From Deltaproteobacteria bacterium (GTDB lineage: Bacteria > Desulfobacterota > Binatia > Binatales > Binataceae): DNA of 64,000 nt. Below the pieces are notes generated by a model. The model was not told the DNA's origin and made no database searches. It saw only the letters and a program-made list of their open reading frames with translations. Both the position numbers and the translations under genes were made by a program. Shown here one piece after another: positions 17,938 through 26,947 of this stretch. The DNA is taken from NCBI GenBank assembly GCA_021780225.1, contig JAJXZF010000061.1:18324-82323 (forward strand), written 5' to 3'. Each line of letters begins with the position of its first letter. Position 1 is the stretch's first letter.

Positions 17938-19326
17938 TTAGCGTGCTCCTCGTCCAAAAAGCATCACTTTGAATGTTTGGAGCATAATTTGAATTTCAAA
18001 AGCCAGCGACCAATTTTTGATGTAGTAAAGGTCGTAGCACAGCTTTTCGGCCGCGTCCTCGACCGTGGCGCCATAGGGAAAACAGATTTGCGCCCATCCG
18101 GTCAGGCCGGGCCTGACCACGTGCCGGACGTGATAGTAGGGAATTCGTTCGGCTAGATCGGCGACGATCGAGGGCCGCTCGGGACGCGGACCGACCAAAC
18201 TCATCTCGCCTTTGATCACGTTGTAGAGTTGCGGCAACTCGTCGATCCGCAACCGCCGGATAATCCGCCCGACGCGCGTGACGCGCGGATCGTGCGCCGC
18301 CGCCCAAACCGCCGACCCTCCCGCCTCCGCATCGACGCGCATCGAGCGGAACTTGTAAACGGAAAAACCCACGCCATCGAGACCGATCCGCTCCTGCGAA
18401 TAAAGCGCGGGCCCCGTGGAATCGAGGCGGACCGCCAGCGCCGTGATCAGCGCGACCGGCGCCGCGACGATTCCGATCGCCGCCGCCGCGAAAATATCCA
18501 CCGCGCGCTTGAGCGCGCGCCGCCACTGGGTCGCCGTGAATCCTGGAGCGAGGAGCAGCCACGCGCCGCGCATCCATGGCGCCGGCAATTTGCCCGCGAG
18601 CCGTTCGTAGAAGGTCTCGAAATCCAGGAGCCGCGTGCCGCGCATCCGGCAGCGCATCAACTCTTGCGTCTCTTCCGGCCCCGCGAAGCTGTCGAGCACG
18701 ACCAGCGTATCGACGTGGTAACGCCGCGTCAGTTCGCACAGCGAATCCGACTCGCCGAACGCGGCGGCGGCGCCTTTCAACGCCGCGCCGGGCGCCATGG
18801 CGGCGCCGCCGAGCGTGGCGAAGCCGTAAAAGTGGTACCCCAGATGGCGCCGCCGTTCGATCTCCTGGATCATCAGCGGCGCCGCTTCGTCGAAACCCAG
18901 CGCCATCACGCGAACGTCCAGCCGCTCCAGCAGCATCCGGTTCGCGGCGGTCCGCCATCCGATTACGCAGAGCGACGCGATCGAGACATAGACGATTAAA
19001 AATGTGCGGCCCACGGCCAGCGCCGGCGCGGCGATTTCGACGATTCCCACGATCACGGCGAGTTTCGCCGCGACGATTAGCAGCGCCGCGGTCACCCATG
19101 AATCGGCGCGCGGTTCGTCGAAACGATAGAGATCCTGCAGATAGATGGCGCCGAGATGAACCACCGCCATCATCGCCGCGAGCTCGCCGAAGCCCGGCGG
19201 CCACGCCGGCGCGAAGCCCGGATTCAAGGTCGCGCGCGTCGCCAGCAGCGACGCGAAAACCGAACAGCCGGCGTCGCCCGCAATCAGTATCGCCCACCGC
19301 CGCGCCAATCCCCTGGGTGAAAGCAT
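17938..19326 (-). CDS. Polyprenyl-phosphate glycosyl-1-phosphate transferase (WbaP/EpsB-like bacterial sugar transferase), initiating enzyme
   Basis: N-terminal TM segments plus C-terminal RIDELPQLYNVIKGEMSLVGPRPERP. Confidence 0.85.
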   Translation of the reverse strand: MLSPRGLARRWAILIAGDAGCSVFASLLATRATLNPGFAPAWPPGFGELAAMMAVVHLGAIYLQDLYRFDEPRADSWVTAALLIVAAKLAVIVGIVEIAAPALAVGRTFLIVYVSIASLCVIGWRTAANRMLLERLDVRVMALGFDEAAPLMIQEIERRRHLGYHFYGFATLGGAAMAPGAALKGAAAAFGESDSLCELTRRYHVDTLVVLDSFAGPEETQELMRCRMRGTRLLDFETFYERLAGKLPAPWMRGAWLLLAPGFTATQWRRALKRAVDIFAAAAIGIVAAPVALITALAVRLDSTGPALYSQERIGLDGVGFSVYKFRSMRVDAEAGGSAVWAAAHDPRVTRVGRIIRRLRIDELPQLYNVIKGEMSLVGPRPERPSIVADLAERIPYYHVRHVVRPGLTGWAQICFPYGATVEDAAEKLCYDLYYIKNWSLAFEIQIMLQTFKVMLFGRGAR

Positions 19327-19483
19327 GATTTTGACCCTGCGCCGAAAGCTGTGAAGGATGCGGGCGGCGGCCGATGCCGCACCGCCGCAACGATTGATTC
19401 GGAAAGTTGAAAATTACGGACTCTGCGCCGCGAGCGGTTCGCGTCCGAGCCGATTCAGAGATCAGCCGGGCGGACGCACGCGC

Positions 19484-20656
19484 TCAGTCGAGCCAATTCC
19501 CGGCGATCACGCGCCGCGCCGCGTCCATCACGTCATCCGCCGCGATATCGAGCATGCAGCGGCCCCATTCCTCCGCGACGCAGGCGTCGGGAATGATTCT
19601 CCGGTAGCTGTCGATGCAAGGACTGCATTTCAACCTGGTTTTATAAACGTAGGCGGCCCGCGGGCCGACCGGCCCCCAGCATCGCGGAGTGTTGGGACCG
19701 AATAACCCCACCGTCGGTACGCCGAGCGCCGCGCCAAGATGCATCACGCCGGTATCGGAACAAATCAACAGATCGCTCTGGCTGAGCAACGCTCCGGTAA
19801 GTTCGACGGATCCGACGGCCGTGGCGTCAAAGCTGTCGCCCCGGTAACGGGCCGCGAACTCCCTCGCCAGCGGTTCCTCGTTCGCCCCGCCCGTCAACAA
19901 AATCCGGAGATTGGAATCCTTGCGCCGGATGATTTCGGCCAGTTCCACAAAACGCGGGAGCGGCCATTGCCGGTATCGCGCACGCGGCCCCACTCCCAAA
20001 TGTATCGCCACGAGCCGCGATTGCTTTCCCGCGCTCCGGGCGTCCAGCCATTTCCGCCCCCAGGCGGCGGCTTCCTGACCGCATGGAATCGGCTTCGCCG
20101 CGGCCAGTCCGGGCAGATTCGGGTCCAGCACGCGCAGCAACGCCGCCATCGCCGACCACATCGAGTCGCCTTCCCGAAACTCCACAGGATGCGTGAGCAG
20201 TTTCAGCCGCGAGTTTGCGCCGGGCGGCGCCAGCCCAATCCTGATTGGTATTCCAGCCGCCCAGGCGAAGCTGGCGGTGAGCACGGAATGCTGCTCGAAA
20301 TCGACCGCCGCGCCATATCCCGCGCGCCTTACGGCCTGAAGCAACCGGATCGAGCGGCCCAATCCATCGCTCCTTGAATTGTAGAACCATACTTTCGCGC
20401 CGCTCGCACACGACATAACCTCGCGGGTCTTTTGATCCACGAGAACATCCACTTCGATCTCCGGATGCAGCGTGCGGAAGCATTCGAGCAACGAACGCAC
20501 GATCGCTCCGTCGCCCAGTCCGCCGAATTTAATCGCCAGAACCTTCCGCGGAATCTCCCCAATCGCAACGGAAGCCGCTCGCGGCGCCATCGACGCCAGC
20601 CACGCCGCGGCCCGTTCGGTCAGGGCATGGACCGGCCTATAACCGTACCGAGTCAT
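19484..20656 (-). CDS. Glycosyltransferase family 9 (heptosyltransferase-like)
   Basis: KVLAIKFGGLGDGAIV N-terminus and C-terminal SDTGVMHLGAALGVPTVGLFGP, typical of GT9. Confidence 0.8.
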   Translation of the reverse strand: MTRYGYRPVHALTERAAAWLASMAPRAASVAIGEIPRKVLAIKFGGLGDGAIVRSLLECFRTLHPEIEVDVLVDQKTREVMSCASGAKVWFYNSRSDGLGRSIRLLQAVRRAGYGAAVDFEQHSVLTASFAWAAGIPIRIGLAPPGANSRLKLLTHPVEFREGDSMWSAMAALLRVLDPNLPGLAAAKPIPCGQEAAAWGRKWLDARSAGKQSRLVAIHLGVGPRARYRQWPLPRFVELAEIIRRKDSNLRILLTGGANEEPLAREFAARYRGDSFDATAVGSVELTGALLSQSDLLICSDTGVMHLGAALGVPTVGLFGPNTPRCWGPVGPRAAYVYKTRLKCSPCIDSYRRIIPDACVAEEWGRCMLDIAADDVMDAARRVIAGNWLD

Positions 20657-21705
20657 TCCGCTCGCGCCCCTCCGGCGCTTTGACGCGCCTGTTCACGCGG
20701 TCCGCCGATCAACTCCTCGACCGCGTCGGCCACCATCGCCGGCGCAATTTCGCCGAGGCAGCGGTTATCGCGGCAGGGCGCGTAAGTGCGGCCGTCATAA
20801 CAGGGGCGGCAGGGCAATCCGGCGCCGCCATGAATCACCCGGATTCGCTCGCCGCGCGGGACTTTTTCCGACGGCAGCGTGGGGCCGAACAACGCCACCG
20901 TCGGCGCGCCGGCCAGTATCGCCAGATGCAGCGGACCGGAATCATGGGTTACTACAGCGCCGCACGCCCGATAGACGGAAATCAGATCGAGCAGCGTGGT
21001 CTTGCCGATCAAATCGACGACGGGAAGACCTTTAAAGCCGGCGCGCGTCCATCCGTCCGACGGCGCGCCGGTCAGCGCGATTCGCCATCCCCGCCGCGCC
21101 AGTTCGGCGCCAAGCAGCGCATAGGAAGCCAGCGGCCAGCGCCGGAGCGGCGAATCGCCGAGCGCGTTGCGCGCGCCGCCGGGCGCGAGCGCGATCGCGT
21201 CGCGGCCGAGGCCGGCCAGCAGCGAACGCAGCTCGGGCGGCGGGGCCGGGTCGATGCGCGGCGGTTCGATCGGCGCGCCCTCCGGACCGTCGCGGTTCAA
21301 AACCAGCCTGACGTACTCGTCGCCATGATAGCGGCCGGGCGTCGGCCACCAGCGTCCGCGGCCGCGGTCGAAGCCGCGCCGTTCACGGGCGCGCGCCGTG
21401 AGGCTGAGCAGGCGGTAGCGCCAATCGGAATAGCCGGTGATGATCAAATCGAAGCGCCGGCCCAGAAGCCGCCGCCAGACTGAGCATACGGCGCGGATTT
21501 TTCGCGCCAGCGAGCCGCCCAGCAGCGCAGACTCGCTGATCGCCAGCGTTTCGACGCCATCGAGCATGGCGATTAGCGGCGCCGCCGCTTCGCCGCACAT
21601 CCATACGATTTGCGCGCGCGGGTCGCGCCGGCGAATCGCGCCGACCATCGGCATCGCCATGATCACGTCGCCGATCGCGCCCAGCTTAACGATCAAGACC
21701 TTCAT
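20653..21705 (-). CDS. Glycosyltransferase family 9 (heptosyltransferase-like)
   Basis: MKVLIVKLGAIGDVIMAMP and HDSGPLHLAILAGAPTVALFGPT motifs. 4 nt overlap with the downstream GT9 gene. Confidence 0.8.
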   Translation of the reverse strand: MKVLIVKLGAIGDVIMAMPMVGAIRRRDPRAQIVWMCGEAAAPLIAMLDGVETLAISESALLGGSLARKIRAVCSVWRRLLGRRFDLIITGYSDWRYRLLSLTARARERRGFDRGRGRWWPTPGRYHGDEYVRLVLNRDGPEGAPIEPPRIDPAPPPELRSLLAGLGRDAIALAPGGARNALGDSPLRRWPLASYALLGAELARRGWRIALTGAPSDGWTRAGFKGLPVVDLIGKTTLLDLISVYRACGAVVTHDSGPLHLAILAGAPTVALFGPTLPSEKVPRGERIRVIHGGAGLPCRPCYDGRTYAPCRDNRCLGEIAPAMVADAVEELIGGPREQARQSAGGARAE

Positions 21706-21746
21706 TCCCGCCAAATAATTTCCAAGGGAGACGGTTTGCGCGGCGC

Positions 21747-22445
21747 TCAGGCGACGCGGCGAAACGCGACGTTCCAGAAATTCCGGCTTTCAGCGACAGC
21801 GGCGAATTTCATCCCGGATTCGGCGACGAACTCGCGAAAGGCGCGGAATTCGTGATGCGGGTCGGAAAACTCGTCGAAGTAGAGCCACGCGCCGACGCGA
21901 ATCAGCGGCGCGATTCGGCCGAGCACGAAACGGGTCGACCCGTACAGGTCGGCGTCGAGATTCACCACCAGCGCGTCGTGCGCGGGCGCGGCGTAATCCG
22001 GCAGCGTCTGCTCGAACCATCCTTTGAAAAACTCCGCGCGCGGATCGCCGATCTCCGGCAGCGCGCCGCCGGTCGAGAAATGGCCGCGCGCATGATCCGG
22101 ACTCCAGCGCTCGGGCAGCCCCTCGAAGGAATCGAAGCCGTGCAGCCGGGCCGCGGGATGTTTCAGCAGCCGGCTCCAATAGCGCATCGAATCGCCCTGA
22201 AAGACGCCGAATTCGAGGTAAAGCGTGCGCGCCTGGGCGACTTCCGCGCCGATCAGGTCGAAAAGTTTTTCGCGCGTCGCCATCCGGCGCGGCCGGCCCG
22301 CGCATTCGTCGCGCAGCCAGCGTCCGATTTCGAGCCATCCTGAAAGCTTATGCGCCGCTCCCACGACCGGCTCGGGCGCCACCCTGCCGGCCGCCAGCGC
22401 CGTACGCTTGATTAAAGCGCGCGCCCTCGCGCCAATTGCAGCCAT
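21747..22445 (-). CDS. TylF/MycF-like class I SAM-dependent O-methyltransferase
   Basis: LEFGVFQGDSMRYW...VNLDADLYGST motifs. ATG at 22445. Confidence 0.72.
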   Translation of the reverse strand: MAAIGARARALIKRTALAAGRVAPEPVVGAAHKLSGWLEIGRWLRDECAGRPRRMATREKLFDLIGAEVAQARTLYLEFGVFQGDSMRYWSRLLKHPAARLHGFDSFEGLPERWSPDHARGHFSTGGALPEIGDPRAEFFKGWFEQTLPDYAAPAHDALVVNLDADLYGSTRFVLGRIAPLIRVGAWLYFDEFSDPHHEFRAFREFVAESGMKFAAVAESRNFWNVAFRRVA

Positions 22446-22475
22446 CGCTAATCCGCCTCGCTTTCCGCCCGCGGG
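22300..22475. repeat. Direct repeat copy A (about 176 bp, 1 mismatch versus copy B)
   Basis: Manual alignment: from gcgcattcgtcgcgcagcc to cgctttccgcccgcggg is identical to 24192-24368 except one c/t. It covers the first 146 nt of the methyltransferase gene, a 2-nt spacer, and 28 nt identical to the 3' end of the ligase-like gene. Confidence 0.9.
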
Positions 22476-22558
22476 TCGCGCCGGCGAATCGCGCCGACCA
22501 GCGGCATCGCCATGATCACGTCGCCGATCGCGCCCAGTTTGACAATCAGCACTTTCAT
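22448..22558 (-). pseudogene. Chimeric 36-codon remnant: GT9 N-terminus fused to the last 6 codons of the ligase-like gene
   Basis: Manual translation gives MKVLIVKLGAIGDVIMAMPLVGAIRRRDPR+AESEAD*. The first 30 aa are near-identical to the start of GT9 gene 20653..21705. The last residues and stop are identical to the end of 24341..25642. Confidence 0.6.
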
Positions 22559-22603
22559 CGGGAGGCGGTACGAAGCCGCGCCGGCCTCGAAACGCGATTG
22601 CGC

Positions 22604-24076
22604 TCAGGCGGCGCGGCGAACCTCGCCCCCGCGCCCGATCCATTCGGCCAGCGCAACCGAAACAGCCCAGAAAGGGAGGACATGCAAGACAAACTGCTGC
22701 AAGCTCCCGTCCACGGCTCCGCCCAATACCACCATCAGAAGCGTAACCTGCGCAGCACGCGTGCTGCGCCCTGTATGTCTTGGAATAAAGTGCCAAGCAG
22801 CAAGGATCATTGAGGTAAAGCCCGCAACCCCTACGATCACCATCGCATTTCCGCCGATTATCCAGAAGAAACCGAGCATCCCCAAAGCGGCGGTGAGCCT
22901 GCTGGCGGTCAGATCGCCAAGGCCCAGCATCTGGCTTGTAAAATAGCCAGGGATACCGTGCGTTCCCATCGCGATATGAAAGGAATTCATACCAAGAAAC
23001 GGATAACGCAACTCCATAATCGGGAGCAGAGTATTCGCTCCCGATAGGCGGCCGAGAATTAGCGCAATCATTGAGGGCAAGACGGCCCCTCCTTTCCCGG
23101 CTCCGACGTCCCGAATGGCCGTGGTCATCCCGCCGGCGCCGGTCAACACAACCGAGATCGCCCGGCCGGCGCTCATGCCCTCATCGACGCGAAGCGCACG
23201 AACTGCGTTAATCACCGGAAATAGAACGGCTCCGGTCGCAAATCCGAGGATGCCAAGCCCCAACACCCTCCAATTCAATCGGCCGGCCGCGAGTAGCCAA
23301 AGAAAGAAGAGATCGAGAAGAAATGTGAATATCGCTCCTTTGGAAGTTATAATAAAGGCTGTGCAGAAAAGGGGCGCCAGCCAGATCGTTGCGGCAAAGG
23401 CGGCCGTCCGCCAATCGCCTTGTTCCGTCGCTGCGTCAATGATCATCAGGAAGAGCAGCGTGGCTGTGATCGAAAATGAAAACTCGACCACCCCGAAAAG
23501 GTGAAATGCGAGCACGGGCACGGAACCGCCGTTTACGATATTGTAGGATAAATTAAACCACAGGTAGCCGGCGGCGAGCGCGCCCGCGGCGCAAAGCGCA
23601 GGCGCCGCATGGAAGCGCCGAACAGGCCGGCCGGCGCGGCTGTCAAGCCGTCGCCTTCCGAGGCGACGAGACCAAGGGATTACGACCGCGGCAAAAGCGG
23701 CCAAGCCAGCCGTCATCGTGCAGAAGCATGCAAAATAGTACTGTTCCGAGAAGCCGAGGATATTAGGTGGAAGCGGCACAAACTCTATCAACCATGGGAA
23801 CGTTACCATTAAATAAAATTCCAGATAGTAGCATATCAGGAACACTATCATGACTACGCAAGCTGGAAGTTGCCGCAGCGGGGCGTTCAGGCTCATGGCC
23901 AACGCAAGGAACGTGACCGCCGAAACGGCGTTCAAAAATAGATATTCGATGCAGAACGCCGCGAATCGTGCGGCGGTGAATGCGTAGCCAATTGGCGCGG
24001 TCAAAACAATTGCCGCACGAATCAGCGTCCAGAACGAGATTCGCTCGAAGAACGAAATTTCGGCCGGTTGTATCAT
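22604..24076 (-). CDS. Polytopic membrane protein, putative Wzy-type polysaccharide polymerase
   Basis: More than 10 predicted TM helices by eye, located in a Wzx/Wzy-type locus, with visibly lower GC than its neighbours. No diagnostic motif was recognised. The start is ATG 24076 or TTG 24112. Confidence 0.5.
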   Translation of the reverse strand: MIQPAEISFFERISFWTLIRAAIVLTAPIGYAFTAARFAAFCIEYLFLNAVSAVTFLALAMSLNAPLRQLPACVVMIVFLICYYLEFYLMVTFPWLIEFVPLPPNILGFSEQYYFACFCTMTAGLAAFAAVVIPWSRRLGRRRLDSRAGRPVRRFHAAPALCAAGALAAGYLWFNLSYNIVNGGSVPVLAFHLFGVVEFSFSITATLLFLMIIDAATEQGDWRTAAFAATIWLAPLFCTAFIITSKGAIFTFLLDLFFLWLLAAGRLNWRVLGLGILGFATGAVLFPVINAVRALRVDEGMSAGRAISVVLTGAGGMTTAIRDVGAGKGGAVLPSMIALILGRLSGANTLLPIMELRYPFLGMNSFHIAMGTHGIPGYFTSQMLGLGDLTASRLTAALGMLGFFWIIGGNAMVIVGVAGFTSMILAAWHFIPRHTGRSTRAAQVTLLMVVLGGAVDGSLQQFVLHVLPFWAVSVALAEWIGRGGEVRRAA

Positions 24077-24113
24077 CTGGAAAATAAAACGTGGGCCTCG
24101 GAAAGCAGTCAAA

Positions 24114-24338
24114 TTAACCGACTGGCATGTCCGCCAGCGCCCTCATCAAATCCCGCGGCCGGCAATCCTGCGCGGGCCGGCGCGGCCCGCCTGCGCATTC
24201 GTCGCGCAGCCAGCGTCCGATTTCGAGCCATCCTGAAAGCTTATGCGCCGCTCCCACGACCGGCTCGGGCGCCACCCTGCCGGCCGCCAGCGTCGTACGC
24301 TTGATTAAAGCGCGCGCCCTCGCGCCAATTGCAGCCAT
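24114..24338 (-). pseudogene. Truncated duplicate of the 5' end of the TylF-like methyltransferase gene
   Basis: Of the first 49 aa (MAAIGARARALIKRT.LAAGRVAPEPVVGAAHKLSGWLEIGRWLRDECAG), 48 match 21747..22445 (A/T at residue 16). The sequence then diverges and stops after 74 aa. Confidence 0.65.
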
Positions 24339-24368
24339 CGCTAATCCGCCTCGCTTTCCGCCCGCGGG
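24192..24368. repeat. Direct repeat copy B (partner of 22300-22475)
   Basis: See copy A. Here the repeat is contiguous with the intact 3' end of the ligase-like gene. Confidence 0.9.
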
Positions 24369-25642
24369 CGCATCACATGGCCCAGCGCGAGCGCCGAAAT
24401 CAGGTAGGGATAATAGAAGGTGATCGGCGTGCCGAAGAGCTCCGCAAAAAACTGGAACGCGCAGAGCGCCAGCGCGATTTCGCCGCGTTCGCCGCGCCGA
24501 TGCGCAATCCGCACCGGCGTCCAGACGACGAACATCAGGTAGCAGAGCAGCGGCAGTCCCAGCTCGGCCGCATAGCCGAAGAAACCCAGACCCGGCTCGT
24601 CCCAGCCGGGCGCGGGCGGCAAATCGCCGCTGTACCGCGGGCTGTTGCGCAATTCGGAATAGTTGCCGATACCGACGCCGGCCAGCGGATGCCGCGCGAC
24701 CATCGCCGGTGCGACGTAGAGCGCGGCCAGCCGCCCTTCCACGGTCGAGCCATCGAAAGGATTTTGCGCGGCTTTCAATTCCAGACGCGCGTAGTTATCC
24801 AAATAGCCGGCGACGCCCGCCGCCGCCCGGGTGACGTAGACGAGCGGCGCGAGCAGCGCCGCCGCGCCGATCGCGGCGGCGGCCTTGCGCGTCACGCGCG
24901 TATCGCCCCAGATTGCCAGGCTGCACAAACCCAGCGCGGCGAGCGTGCAGAGACCGGCCTTCGAGCGCGAGAGGCCGAGGCCGGCGATAAGCGGCGCGAG
25001 CGTGGCCCAGAACGATCCGCCTGAAATTCGCCGCGTCACCCGGTAACGAAACAGCAGCAGCACGATCGCGCTCGCGACGTAAACGCCGAACGGGCCGCCC
25101 TCGACGAAGCATCCGCGCGCGTGAATCACGCCCCAGCGCGTTTGCGCGCCGTACCAATCCATTTCCGGCGCCGACGCGGCGGCGCCGCCGCGCCAGATCG
25201 CGAGCCAGCAGGCGGCGCCGTAAACCACTTCGGCGAGCGCGATCGCGACATACAGGCGCGCCAGAAAATCCGCCAGGCGCGCGGACCGCGCGGCGGCCGC
25301 CGCGACCGCGATCATCGCCGCGACCGCGATCGCGACCTGCACGATCCGCACGATCGAGATGATCGGCGGCGACTTGAGCCATGAGACCCCCGGCGGCGGG
25401 TAAAAATGGAATCGCCAGGCCAGCGCGGCCAGCATCGCCGCCATCGCCAGGAACGCGCCGTAGCGCTCCGCGAGAATCAAAAGCTCGCGCGGAATCGCGA
25501 GCCGCAGGCCGCGGCGAAAACTGAAGATGGCGCCGAGCGGCAGCGCCGCGAGCAGATAGAATTCGACCGGCTCGATATCCGCGATGCGCAGATTCGCGAG
25601 CGGCGCCAGCACGAAGATCGCGGCGAGAAAAAACGTGGTCAT
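24341..25642 (-). CDS. O-antigen ligase / Wzy_C-like polytopic membrane protein
   Basis: About 12 TM helices with a large loop region, resembling the O-antigen ligase family. ATG at 25642 forms an ATGA overlap with the upstream GT9 stop. Confidence 0.55.
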   Translation of the reverse strand: MTTFFLAAIFVLAPLANLRIADIEPVEFYLLAALPLGAIFSFRRGLRLAIPRELLILAERYGAFLAMAAMLAALAWRFHFYPPPGVSWLKSPPIISIVRIVQVAIAVAAMIAVAAAAARSARLADFLARLYVAIALAEVVYGAACWLAIWRGGAAASAPEMDWYGAQTRWGVIHARGCFVEGGPFGVYVASAIVLLLFRYRVTRRISGGSFWATLAPLIAGLGLSRSKAGLCTLAALGLCSLAIWGDTRVTRKAAAAIGAAALLAPLVYVTRAAAGVAGYLDNYARLELKAAQNPFDGSTVEGRLAALYVAPAMVARHPLAGVGIGNYSELRNSPRYSGDLPPAPGWDEPGLGFFGYAAELGLPLLCYLMFVVWTPVRIAHRRGERGEIALALCAFQFFAELFGTPITFYYPYLISALALGHVMRPRAESEAD

Positions 25643-26886
25643 GCGCGCCGATGGCCGGGCGTAAGACGTTCCGATTCCGGACGCTCCAAAACCTGCGAGA
25701 GCGCGGCGGCGACCCGCGCCACCGGAAGCTCCCGCACGCACTCCATCCCGGCGCATCCGCGGAAACAGGGCGAGCACGGCGCCGGATTCACTATTGCGAT
25801 CGTATTTTCGCCCATCGGACGCCAGCATTCCGGATCTATTCCCGGCGTGATGACAACCGCCGGCGCGCCAGCCGCGGCCGCGATATGGGCCGCGACCGAA
25901 TCATGCGCGACGATCGCGCGGGCGCGGCCGATCGCCGCGCCCAGCTCCGGCAGATCGAAGGCGTCGCAACAATCCGCGCATCCCGGCGCCGCCGCGGCGA
26001 TCCGGGAGATCGCGCGGCGATCGCTCGCGCCCCTGCCCGCGAGCGCCACGCGGAAGCCGCGCGCGACCATCCTGCGCGCCAGCTCGCTCCATTTCTCCGC
26101 GGGCCACGCCTTGCGCGGATCGCCGCATCCGACGTGCATCAGCACGAATTCGCCGGCGATTCCGCGCGCCGCCAGCTCCGCGTCAGTGCGCCTCGCGACC
26201 GCGGGCGAAGGCGGCGCGATCGTCGGACGCATCATGGCGATCTCCGCCTCGCCAACGCCGAGAACCCGCAACAAACCCGCGTGATAGTCGGCGATATGCC
26301 GATCGCGGCGATAGCTGAATTCGACCGGATGGGTATAAAGGGCGCCGAAGCCGCCGCACGAATAGCCGATCCGCACCGGAATCGCGCCCGCGCGGAGGGG
26401 GTCCGCGGCGTTGGGATAAAAGGAGTAAAGATCGATCGCGGCCTCGTAGCGGGCCGCGCGGATTTCGGCGATCGCCCGCCGCCGCGTCCGCAGATAGCGG
26501 GCGAATTTGCGCGCGAGCGGCGCGCGCTCGCGGTTCAAGCGCCAATGGTCGAGCGTATGGACGCGGCGCAGCAGCGGATTGCCCTCCAGCAGCGGACGGC
26601 TCCATCCGCCGCACAGAAAGCCTATTTCAGCCTCGGGATAGGCGGCGCGCAGCGCGGGCAGCGCGGCGGCCGCCAGCATCGCGTCGCCCAGATGGGCGGT
26701 GTTCGCGACCAGAATCCGGCGCCAGCGCCGGCCCGGCGCAAGCGCGGTGACGGACGCCGCCGGACGCCGCGGCGCCAGGCGCGCCAGCGCCGCGTCGCAC
26801 GCGCTCAGATAGGCGCGAAGCAGCGGATTCCAGGCGCGATAGCCATAATTCAGCGGCGACCGCGGTTTATTTGCGAGCGGAATCAT
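25639..26886 (-). CDS. Glycosyltransferase family 9 (heptosyltransferase-like)
   Basis: RRILVANTAHLGDAML and AHDSVAAHIAAAAGAPAVVI motifs. The start could instead be at 26964. Confidence 0.75.
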   Translation of the reverse strand: MIPLANKPRSPLNYGYRAWNPLLRAYLSACDAALARLAPRRPAASVTALAPGRRWRRILVANTAHLGDAMLAAAALPALRAAYPEAEIGFLCGGWSRPLLEGNPLLRRVHTLDHWRLNRERAPLARKFARYLRTRRRAIAEIRAARYEAAIDLYSFYPNAADPLRAGAIPVRIGYSCGGFGALYTHPVEFSYRRDRHIADYHAGLLRVLGVGEAEIAMMRPTIAPPSPAVARRTDAELAARGIAGEFVLMHVGCGDPRKAWPAEKWSELARRMVARGFRVALAGRGASDRRAISRIAAAAPGCADCCDAFDLPELGAAIGRARAIVAHDSVAAHIAAAAGAPAVVITPGIDPECWRPMGENTIAIVNPAPCSPCFRGCAGMECVRELPVARVAAALSQVLERPESERLTPGHRRA

Positions 26887-26947
26887 GCGGGCGCGGAAGA
26901 TCGGCCGGGGCGCGCGTTCCGAGCCGCCGGAGCGCGGGCGCAACGGC

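Noticed and set aside
21411-21422. Second ops-like string GGCGGTAGCGCC on the plus strand
   Set aside because: It fails the final TG of the consensus. It also lies inside a GT9 coding region on the antisense strand relative to transcription.
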